Shown in pieces: positions 48,393 to 56,414 of a stretch of DNA of 64,000 bases; positions within the stretch are counted from its first letter, which is position 1; every line of letters starts with the position of its first letter. Source of the stretch: an uncultured Armatimonadetes bacterium (GTDB lineage: Bacteria; Armatimonadota; UBA5829; DTJY01); NCBI GenBank assembly GCA_963717145.1, contig OY970325.1:4768001-4832000 (forward strand), in the 5' to 3' direction. A program made the position numbers and the translations under genes. The notes below the pieces were generated by a model. It did not search any database, was not told the DNA's origin, and saw only the letters and a list, made by a program, of their open reading frames with translations.

Positions 48393-49379
48393 TCACTCCA
48401 CTTTTTCGTCATCAGCGCTCTGCCCCTCGTCTATCTTGGGGGTATGGTAAAGCCGACAACACATTCTGACGCTTCCACGCGGCTCTGGAGTCCCAGGTTT
48501 CCAGATCTGCTGACATTCGCGACCAAAAGACCTCATCCAGGCGGAGTCTGTCCCAGGGCTCTGACAAAGCATCACCGAGTCGTCTCGCACCTTTCGGTCG
48601 ATTCGCGGCTCTATCAATGACATCGCATATGCCCCGGTGGCTCCAGATGTTTCCCAATCTGTCACCTGTATTCCCTCCAGCATATCAGGAAGCTCGGCAT
48701 AGTCCACAGGCCTGATGTCCATTCTCTTGCAGATAATGTCCTTATCGCTAGCTCCCAAGATCTTGGACATCTCAGCCCGAAATACCGAGAGAACATACGA
48801 GATCGCTCTGTCAGAGATGCAAGCCGCGTTCCCCGCTGTTCCTCGCAACTGATTGCCGAGTTGTGCACTCTCGACCTCTATCTCCTTGTCTTGGAACATA
48901 AGGACATCCCGCTGAAGTGCATCTAGGAGGTACCTGGACGTCATGAGATCCGTTTGCTTCAGCGCCAGGATCGCGTTTGTGAACAGCTCCTGAACCCTTG
49001 GATCATACCCATACAAATCGGCATACGCTATCTCTATCTGTTCCTGCAGGATCCGCATAGAACACTCCGTGTGCACTTTCACCAACTCGCGCCAAAGAAA
49101 GTCACGGACTGGAATAACCGCCCGCTTCTCGATAAGCATGATATCCGCATCCGTGATCACTGGCTCGATGTCATCAAAGAACCTGAGGTTTAGTTCCTTC
49201 CACCGTTCTAGCTTTGCCACTACCATACCGGCAGTACGGCGGACACGATCGGCGTATTCCTTCCTTCTCAGTTGTCTATCCTTGTACCAACTTCCCGCAA
49301 TGGCTGCCGTCGAGACGATTACAGATGATGCGGTTGCTATGTGCCCGACACTGATCGTCTTATCGATGATGAAGTCCAC
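48393..49379 (-). CDS. Hypothetical protein with N-terminal TM
   Basis: Long low-GC ORF; GGAGAGGT RBS before GTG; own promoter. Confidence 0.7.
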   Translation of the reverse strand: MDFIIDKTISVGHIATASSVIVSTAAIAGSWYKDRQLRRKEYADRVRRTAGMVVAKLERWKELNLRFFDDIEPVITDADIMLIEKRAVIPVRDFLWRELVKVHTECSMRILQEQIEIAYADLYGYDPRVQELFTNAILALKQTDLMTSRYLLDALQRDVLMFQDKEIEVESAQLGNQLRGTAGNAACISDRAISYVLSVFRAEMSKILGASDKDIICKRMDIRPVDYAELPDMLEGIQVTDWETSGATGAYAMSLIEPRIDRKVRDDSVMLCQSPGTDSAWMRSFGRECQQIWKPGTPEPRGSVRMCCRLYHTPKIDEGQSADDEKVE

Positions 49380-49476
49380 GCCAATCACCTCTCCAACCAA
49401 TCATACGTACCAGCAATCCATCTTGTATCACTCTGGATACCTTTCCAGACCAGAAAGCGGATATCCACTCTATAGC

Positions 49477-49505
49477 ACTATATGAAACTTGGCGCACTGT
49501 GTCAA
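49477..49505 (-). promoter_or_regulatory. Sigma70-type promoter
   Basis: TTGACA-17 nt-TATAGT. Confidence 0.65.
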
Positions 49506-49598
49506 CCTCGTGTGAGGGAGAGGCTCTTGCGAAACTCCACGGAGCAGGCAGTGGGCCAGGCGGACGGAACACCGACAGCATTTAACGCCCTCTCCCAA

Positions 49599-49637
49599 AC
49601 CCACAAACACCCCGGAGGTTTTCACCCCCGGGGTGTT
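49599..49637. repeat. 39-bp hairpin-containing direct repeat, copy 2
   Basis: ACCCACAAACACCCCGGAGGTTTTCACCCCCGGGGTGTT. Confidence 0.85.
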
Positions 49638-49708
49638 CGGTGGTAGATCAACTGCATGTTTCTTTGGTCCCTTTACGGGGGTACTGCTCCCCGCCGCGCG
49701 GGCTACAT

Positions 49709-49842
49709 CTCCGGTGTCCGGCATCCGGTATCCTGCTGATCCTGCACTGCTTCCGGTGACCGGTATCCGACCTCACCCCGCCGACGGAGAATGCGGCGCG
49801 CGATGCATACTCCGCATTCCGCATTCCCAATTCGTCATTCCC
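49709..49842. repeat. Degenerate heptamer tandem tracts (TCCGGCA / TCCGCAT)
   Basis: tccggtg tccggca tccggta tcctg...; tccgcat tccgcat tcccaat tcgtcat tccc. Confidence 0.6.
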
Positions 49843-50507
49843 TACGCGGCGATCGTCGCCTGGAAGACGTCCGACCAGGAGCCGGCCTCGCCTTTCTGGT
49901 TGACCCAGCGCAGACGGTAGTACGCCATCTTGCCGGCGTCTCCCTCCGCGTGGTTCACCACGGCGGGCGTGCGACCCGCGGTCTTGGAGTAGGTCATGTC
50001 GCTCGGCCCGGAAGGGGCTTCGCCGACCTTGACCCAGATCTCGCAACCGCGGATGCCGGCGGGCTTCGCCTTGCTGACGCCCGCGTCCTCTTCGTTCTCG
50101 AAGCTGACGATGTGCTTCAGCGGCTGGCCTCCGTTCGCGCGACCTGTCGGCCTGAGCGTCGGCGGCATCTCCGCCGGGACGTATGCGCTGCCACGGACGG
50201 TGATGCGCATCCCCGTGCGATCGGTGTCCGTGACGAGCGGACCGGCCTGCAGCCGATTGACGAGCGCGCGGATCTGCTGCTCGAGATCCGTCCGCTGCGT
50301 ATCCTTCGTGACTGTCGCGCCCTGGGCCTGCGCTTTCCACATGATCTGCTTGTTCAGCGCATCCTTCCAGAGCGGGGTCGCGGTCGAGATGGGGGTGAGG
50401 TCTGCATCGGTGAAGCCCATCGCCTCCATCCTCGGCGTCGCGTAGGTCAGGAAGTTATCGACCCACTCGTCGAAGTTCGCATCTTTGGTTGGCAAATAAC
50501 TTGCCAT
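49842..50507 (-). CDS. Hypothetical protein; predicted N-terminal helical bundle plus C-terminal Ig/Fn3-like domain
   Basis: GGAGGT RBS; YLPTKDANFDEW...KPAGIRGCEIW...YYRLRWVNQKGEAGSWS; host-like codon usage. Confidence 0.75.
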   Translation of the reverse strand: MASYLPTKDANFDEWVDNFLTYATPRMEAMGFTDADLTPISTATPLWKDALNKQIMWKAQAQGATVTKDTQRTDLEQQIRALVNRLQAGPLVTDTDRTGMRITVRGSAYVPAEMPPTLRPTGRANGGQPLKHIVSFENEEDAGVSKAKPAGIRGCEIWVKVGEAPSGPSDMTYSKTAGRTPAVVNHAEGDAGKMAYYRLRWVNQKGEAGSWSDVFQATIAA

Positions 50508-50626
50508 TCTTATCACCTCCTCTCCTGCAATCGTTATCTCCATTATCGGCCAACTTATGGTAGAACCACAGAGTTTCCGGCAGTCGCTTTTATAGAAAAA
50601 TGACTTGGAGTTTGGTATGGCAGAAA

Positions 50627-50805
50627 GAATCATTCTTTCCGCAGTAGGAACGGCGGATCCTTTCGAGGGAATCATTCGTTCCTTGGAGGCAATGGCGGAT
50701 CCTGTGGAGGGAATCATTCCCCCCGCAGAGGGAACGGCGGATCCTTTCGAGGGAATCACTCATTCCGCAGAGGGAATGGCGGATCCTGCGGAGGGAATCG
50801 CTCCC
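50627..50805. repeat. Tandem array of 42-bp units (4 complete plus 1 partial)
   Basis: Units start at 50627, 50669, 50711, 50753; invariant GAATCA and GGCGGATCCT blocks. Confidence 0.9.
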
Positions 50806-50823
50806 ACATCAGGCGGAGGGAAG

Positions 50824-51227
50824 GGTGTGGGGGGCGACCAGAGTCGCGGGAACGGCGCCAGAGCGCCTCAGGGGTGTTCGGTGTTGGGTGTTAGGGGCCG
50901 GGAACAGGATCCGTCAGCCCTGAGTGTGCCGGTGAATGACGGCATGTATCGAAGGGCGGCCGGGATCGTGGAACCACGGAGGCACGGAGGACACAGAGAA
51001 GACGGAAGAGGAAACCCGTCAGCCCTGAGTGTGCCGGTGAATGACGGCATGTATCGAAGGGCGGTGGCAGATAGCCCAACCTTTGTGCAGGTCCCACCGT
51101 CCTTCGATACACGCCCAGAGGCGCACTCAGGACTAGCGGGCACTGGGAGGTGGGAGAAAGAAAGCGAGTGTCAGGTGTTGGGGGCGACCAGAGTCGCGGG
51201 AACGGCGTCAGAGCGCCTCAGGGATGT
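50824..51227. repeat. Composite repeat cluster bounded by 54-bp direct repeats
   Basis: 50824-50877 ~ 51174-51227; internal identical 49-mers at 50911-50959 and 51016-51064; degenerate inverted copy at 51097-51134. Confidence 0.85.
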
Positions 51228-51243
51228 CAGGGGCGGAATCCGG

Positions 51244-51279
51244 CTCGTACGCGTACTCCTAATCGTAATCGTACTCGGC
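51244..51279. repeat. Hexamer-based arm (CTCGTA)n, left of the NLR triplet
   Basis: 32/36 identical to the reverse complement of 59243-59278. Confidence 0.75.
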
Positions 51280-51356
51280 TTTTCCGCCGTTCGATGTTGG
51301 ACGTTCGATGTTCGATGTTCGCTCCCCGTCCCTCCTCACTCCTCGCCCCTCTCTCC

Positions 51357-53828
51357 TCACTCCTGCTCCTCGATCTCCCGGAGGACGATGTCCAGCCATG
51401 CCTGCACGGTCTTGGTGTTGGGGTGCTCGTCCCCCAGGAACTTGCGGAGTATGGCCAGCGCCCGCGAGATGTGCTCCTTCGCGCCCGGCAGGTCTCCGAG
51501 GTCTCGCATAACGCTGCCGAGGTTGTTGAGGCGGATGGCGACGTTGGGATGATCCGGCCCGTAAGCGGCCACATCGATCCTGAGCGCCCGCTCGATGTGC
51601 TCCTTCGCGCCCGGCAGGTCTCCTAGGTCTTGCAGGACGCTGCCGAGGTTGTTGAGGCGGATGGCGACCGTGGGATGGTCCGGCCCGAGAGTCGCCTCAC
51701 TGATCCTGAGCGCCCGCTCAAATCGCTCCTTCGCGCCCGGCAGGTCTCCGAGGTCTTGCAGGACGAGGCCGAGTGTACTGGCATATATGGCAGCCTGAGG
51801 ATGATCCGGTCCGAGTGTCGCCTCACCGATCCTGAGCGCCCGCTCGAAGTGCCCCTTCGCGCCCGGCAGGTCTCCGAGGGCTCGCAGGACGTCCCCCAGG
51901 TTGTTGGCATATATCGCAACCTGGGGATGATCCTTCCCCAAGGCTTCCTCACCGATCCTGAGCGCCCGCTCGTAGTGCCCCTTCGCGCCCGGCAGGTCTC
52001 CGAGGGCCTTCAGGACACCGCCCAGGTTGCTGATGATGGCAGCCACCTCAATATGGTCTTCTCCGTAGAACACCCCGTGCGCGGCGAGCGCCCGCTCATG
52101 GGCGACCTTCGCCTCCGCGAACTGCGCGCGGCCTCTCAGATAGATTCCCGCCTGATTGAGAACACGCGCTGTGGCGTCGGGAGCTATCCCTAGATCCTCC
52201 GCGTGGCCCGCGGACGCGAGGGCATGGGGTAGGAGGCGCGCGCATTCCTCCCAGGTGCGAACATCATCGCTATGCTGAGGGAAGGCGTCGTTCACGACTT
52301 GGACGGCGGCCTCGGCCCATTTGTTGTGATCGTCTCCGTCGAGGCGCGCGCGGGTTACGGCTTGTACCAGGCGGTGGACGGAGAGCATCCCATCCGCGGA
52401 CTCGACGAGCGAATACTTCCGGAGAGCCGCCACAGCATCATCGAGCGCAAGCGGATCCTTGACCGCTTCGGCGAGAGGCTCGGGAAGGAACTTCGCGCCG
52501 GCAGTGATCGCGCCGAGCGGGATGTCGTCCGGGGCGAAGAAGGCGCAGAGATCGAGCAATTGCGCTCCGGCGGGTGACTCACCCTCGACCGCCTTGAACG
52601 AGATCTCCCAGGTCGTGGCGACCGTCGCTTCGTAGTCGTCGGCGGGCTTCCCGCGAGCGAGCAGTTCCTTCTCCGACCGCCGATAAAGGTCCAGGTACTC
52701 GGCAGGCGTCTTGTTCGCCTCCTCCATATACGCGGCGGCCTGCGCCAGTGCGAGCGGGAAATCGCAGAGAGCCTCCGCCAGGGCGTCCGCTCCCTTCCGA
52801 TCCGTCTGCCCGGAGCGCTTCAGCAGGAGGTCGATCGATTCGGTCCGCTTCATCCTGGTCACGGGCAGCGGCTCGGCCTCCCCGCGCCAGTTCGGATTCC
52901 TGGAGGTCACGATCACGTGTCCGGCCTCTTCGAGCGGAAGATAGGGCACGATGTCCTCCGGCATATTCACGTTATCGAAAACGATGAGCCAGCCGGTCGA
53001 ATCGCTCAGGAACGCGCGGACTGCCTGTGCGATCGCGGGCTCATCGGCGGCGTCCGCCTCCGGAAGTCCGATCCTCCCCGCGAGGGATGCGTAGTCCGAG
53101 ATCAGAGTGGACGGCTTCTCGCAGCGGACCCACCAGATGATGGTGTAATCGCTCATGTGCCGGTACGCATATTCCAGGGCCGCCTGCGTCTTCCCGATGC
53201 CCCCGAGCCCGTGCATCGCCTGAGTGAGCGCGGCAAGTTTGCCCGAGGTCAGCTTCTTGCGCAGATCGTCGAGGAGCTTCCCGCGGCCGGTGAAGTTGCG
53301 ATTGCGCCCGTGCGGGATGTTGTGGACCGTGCGGGCTCCCACGGGGAACTCAGGCCGCTCCGGCATCGCCCGTGTCGCAGTGATAGGGCACGGGGGCTTA
53401 GTGTCGGGCTTCCCTCTCGGCTTGAGGCCGTCGAGGAGTGCCACCCTGATCTCCTCTTCGTCGGTCAGCCCGACCAGGTCGAGATAGCTCCTGGACTTGA
53501 GCAGACCGGGCGGTTCACATTCCTCGATTCGGATGGGAAAGAGCTTTCTCTCCTCACCCGTGGGATCGTCCGCGAAGAACGTCGCCCACTCGGCCTCGAC
53601 AAAGCCTGACTCCAGGGAGTTCGGCGAGAGGACGAGGATGAGGCGGTCGGCCTTCTGCAGGCCCCTGTGCATATCGAGGGCCCAGTTTCCCCCGGGCCGG
53701 AAGTCCCACGCCTGGATGATAACGTGGTATCCCGCTTCCTCCAACTCCCAGGCGATCCACTCCGCCCACTCCCGGTCATCGCCGGTGTAGCTGATGAAGA
53801 AGTCTTTGCTCGGCGCGTCTTCGGTCAT
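51357..53828 (-). CDS. TIR - NB-ARC (STAND) - TPR protein, paralogue 1 (FxsT-like NLR architecture)
   Basis: DFFISY...AEW TIR; GLGGIGKT Walker A; WLIVFDN Walker B; five 42-aa TPR units at exact 126-bp spacing. Confidence 0.92.
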   Translation of the reverse strand: MTEDAPSKDFFISYTGDDREWAEWIAWELEEAGYHVIIQAWDFRPGGNWALDMHRGLQKADRLILVLSPNSLESGFVEAEWATFFADDPTGEERKLFPIRIEECEPPGLLKSRSYLDLVGLTDEEEIRVALLDGLKPRGKPDTKPPCPITATRAMPERPEFPVGARTVHNIPHGRNRNFTGRGKLLDDLRKKLTSGKLAALTQAMHGLGGIGKTQAALEYAYRHMSDYTIIWWVRCEKPSTLISDYASLAGRIGLPEADAADEPAIAQAVRAFLSDSTGWLIVFDNVNMPEDIVPYLPLEEAGHVIVTSRNPNWRGEAEPLPVTRMKRTESIDLLLKRSGQTDRKGADALAEALCDFPLALAQAAAYMEEANKTPAEYLDLYRRSEKELLARGKPADDYEATVATTWEISFKAVEGESPAGAQLLDLCAFFAPDDIPLGAITAGAKFLPEPLAEAVKDPLALDDAVAALRKYSLVESADGMLSVHRLVQAVTRARLDGDDHNKWAEAAVQVVNDAFPQHSDDVRTWEECARLLPHALASAGHAEDLGIAPDATARVLNQAGIYLRGRAQFAEAKVAHERALAAHGVFYGEDHIEVAAIISNLGGVLKALGDLPGAKGHYERALRIGEEALGKDHPQVAIYANNLGDVLRALGDLPGAKGHFERALRIGEATLGPDHPQAAIYASTLGLVLQDLGDLPGAKERFERALRISEATLGPDHPTVAIRLNNLGSVLQDLGDLPGAKEHIERALRIDVAAYGPDHPNVAIRLNNLGSVMRDLGDLPGAKEHISRALAILRKFLGDEHPNTKTVQAWLDIVLREIEEQE

Positions 53829-53918
53829 CTCCTCGGCCCTCCTTTCTCCGGTCACCCTCGGCCCGTTCGCCGCTCGATGTTGGACGTTCGATGTTCGATG
53901 CTCGCTTCCCGTCCCTCC

Positions 53919-56372
53919 TCACACCTGCTCCTCGATCTCCCGGAGCACGATGTGCAGCCATGCCTGCGTGTTCTTGGTCTTGGGATGCTCGTCCCCCAGG
54001 AACTTGCGGCGTATCTCCAGCGCACGCTCGATGTGCTCCTTCGCGCCCGGCAGGTCTCCGAGGGTTCGCAGGACGTTGCCGAGGTTGTTGGCATATAAGG
54101 CAACCTGGGGGTGATCCGGCCCGAGGGCTTTCTCGCCAATGGTAAGCGCCCGCTCCAAGTGCTCCTTCGCGCTCGGCAGGTCTCCGAGGTCTTGCAGGAT
54201 GAGGCCGAGCCTGGAGGCATAGATCGCCACGTATGGCGCGTATCTCGCCTCATCGATCCTGAGCGCCCGCTCCAAATGCTCCCTCGCACCCTGCAACTCT
54301 CCGTGGTCTGCCAGGACGCAGCCGAGATTGCCGGCATAAATCGCCATGTATGGCCCGTATCTCGCCTCATCGATCCTGAGCGCCCGCTCGATATGCTCTC
54401 TCGCGCCCGGAAGGTCTCCGCGGGCTTGCAGGACGAGGCCGAGGTTGTTGAGGCGGATGGCGACAGTGGGATGATCCGGCCCGTAGGCAGCCTCATCGAT
54501 CCTGAGCGCCCGCTCGAGGTGCTCCTGCGCGCCCGGCACGTCTCCGAGTTCTCGCAGAACATTGCCGAGGTTGCTGAGAATTTCAGCCACCTCAGTACGC
54601 TCTTCTCCATACAAGGCTCGGTGTGCCTCAAGTGCCCACTCATAAGCGTCCTTCGCCTCTGCAAACTGCGCGCGGCCACTCAGATAGAGCCCCGCCTGAT
54701 TGAGAACACGAGCAGTGGCGTCGGGAGCGATCGCCAACTCCTCCGAATAGCCCGCGGACGCGATGGCATGGGGAAGGAGACGGGCGCATTCCTCCCAGGT
54801 GCGATAGTCATAGCTCTCCTGCGGGAAGGCATCCTTGATAGTCTCGATGGCGGCCTCGGCCCACTTCTTGTGATCGTCACCATCGAGGCGGGCGCGGGTT
54901 ACGGCCTGAACCAGACGGTGGACGGCGAGGTTGCCGGAGTCCGCGTCTAGCAGCGAAAAGCGTCGGAGAGCCCGCAGAGCCTCATCGAGCAAGAGAGGCT
55001 CCTTGACAACTTCGGCCAGAGACTCGGGGAGGAACTTCGCTCCGGCGGTGATCACGTCGAGCGGGATGCTATCCGGAGCGAGGAAGGCGCAGAGGTTGAG
55101 CAGATCGGCAGCGGCAGGGGATTCCTTTTCCACCTGCTGAAACGATATCTCCCAGGTCGTGGCGACCGTCGCCGGGTAATCAACCGGAGGGTCGCCCTTC
55201 CTCAGGAGTTCCTGCGCGTGTTCGTTGAAAAGCGTCAGGTACTCGGGGAGCGGCCTGCCGGTCTCCTCCATATACGCCGCCGCCTGCTCCAGGGCGAGCG
55301 GGAAATCGCCGAGCGCCTTCGCCAGGGCGTCCGCAGCGATTGTGTCCTCCGTCCCGATGCGTCTCTGGAGGAACTCCACCGACTCCTCGCGCTTCCACTT
55401 TTCGACGGTCACAGCAGAGGCCGTTCGACCCCAGGCCTGATAGCGCGAGGTGATGATCACATTGCCGCCTTTTCCCTGCGGAAGATAGCCGTCGAGGTCC
55501 GGGGGCTTCTCGACGTTATCGAAAACCAGAAGCCATCCGGTAATATGCCCGAGATGCGCGCGCACGGCCTCCACGATCTTCGGCTGCTCGGCGGCGTCCT
55601 TCTCGGGAAGATCGAGTTTCCGCGCGAGGGCGGCGTAGTCGGACGCGAGGGTCGAGGGGTCCTCCGACCGAATCCACCAGACGATATCGTAGAGATCGGC
55701 GTACCGATACGCATACTCCAGGGCGAGCTGCGTCTTCCCCACGCCTCCGAGTCCGGCCATCGCCTGAGTGAGCGTGGCATGCGTGCCGGAGGTCAGGGCG
55801 TTGTGCAGGCTGTCGAGAATCTCCGCGCGCCCGGTGAAGTTCGGGTTCCGATTATGCGGCACGTTCCAGTGCGGCGGGAGAGTCCCGGGGAATCGGGGCT
55901 TCTTCTCGACGGCGCGCCTGGCGGTCGGAGGGAATCCGGGGGGAGTCCCCGGCTTCGCTCGACCTTCCTTGACCTCCGCGAGCAGCTTCGTCCTGGCGGT
56001 GCCCTCATCGAGGCCGCACAGGTCGATATAGATGCGCGGACCGAGCAGACCGTCGGGCTTGCAGTCGCGGATTCTGACGGGAACGAGCTTGCTCTCCCGC
56101 CCTGCGGGGTCCTGCGCGAAGACCGCGCTCCATTCGGCGGCGACGAAATCGGATGCGAGGGAATCGGGCGACAGGACGAGGATGGTCCGCTCGGCGTTCC
56201 TCAGGCCCTCGTGCATATCGACGACGAAGTTCCCCCCAGCCGCAAAGTCCCATGCCTGGATGACGCACGGATGGCCCGCCTCCTCCAGCTCCCAGGCGAT
56301 CCACTCCGCCCACGCCCGATCGGCCTTGTTGTAGCTGATGAAGAAGTCTTTCTTCCCGTCTTCAGTGGTCAT
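53919..56372 (-). CDS. TIR - NB-ARC - TPR protein, paralogue 2
   Basis: DFFISY, AAEW, GLGGVGKT, WLLVFDN; TPR units of 42 and 39 aa. Confidence 0.92.
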   Translation of the reverse strand: MTTEDGKKDFFISYNKADRAWAEWIAWELEEAGHPCVIQAWDFAAGGNFVVDMHEGLRNAERTILVLSPDSLASDFVAAEWSAVFAQDPAGRESKLVPVRIRDCKPDGLLGPRIYIDLCGLDEGTARTKLLAEVKEGRAKPGTPPGFPPTARRAVEKKPRFPGTLPPHWNVPHNRNPNFTGRAEILDSLHNALTSGTHATLTQAMAGLGGVGKTQLALEYAYRYADLYDIVWWIRSEDPSTLASDYAALARKLDLPEKDAAEQPKIVEAVRAHLGHITGWLLVFDNVEKPPDLDGYLPQGKGGNVIITSRYQAWGRTASAVTVEKWKREESVEFLQRRIGTEDTIAADALAKALGDFPLALEQAAAYMEETGRPLPEYLTLFNEHAQELLRKGDPPVDYPATVATTWEISFQQVEKESPAAADLLNLCAFLAPDSIPLDVITAGAKFLPESLAEVVKEPLLLDEALRALRRFSLLDADSGNLAVHRLVQAVTRARLDGDDHKKWAEAAIETIKDAFPQESYDYRTWEECARLLPHAIASAGYSEELAIAPDATARVLNQAGLYLSGRAQFAEAKDAYEWALEAHRALYGEERTEVAEILSNLGNVLRELGDVPGAQEHLERALRIDEAAYGPDHPTVAIRLNNLGLVLQARGDLPGAREHIERALRIDEARYGPYMAIYAGNLGCVLADHGELQGAREHLERALRIDEARYAPYVAIYASRLGLILQDLGDLPSAKEHLERALTIGEKALGPDHPQVALYANNLGNVLRTLGDLPGAKEHIERALEIRRKFLGDEHPKTKNTQAWLHIVLREIEEQV

Positions 56373-56414
56373 GTCTTCTCCGCTCCCCACCCGCACGTCC
56401 GTCTCGGCGTGTCC

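Noticed and set aside
48235-49637. Integron attC sites
   Set aside because: Ends do not fit RYYYAAC/GTTRRRY well, the repeats are short, and no integrase is present
50627-50805. CRISPR or TIGR-type guide array
   Set aside because: Variable blocks are short and similar to each other rather than unique spacers; no cas or Nop-domain gene is recognisable in the window
50605-51626. Plus-strand ORFs of 315 and 158 aa
   Set aside because: Translations of repeat tracts and the antisense strand of the TPR gene; no RBS or domain signal
51430-54540. Diversity-generating retroelement target and template repeats
   Set aside because: No reverse transcriptase in the window; differences are not evidently adenine-specific and all repeats are in-frame coding units
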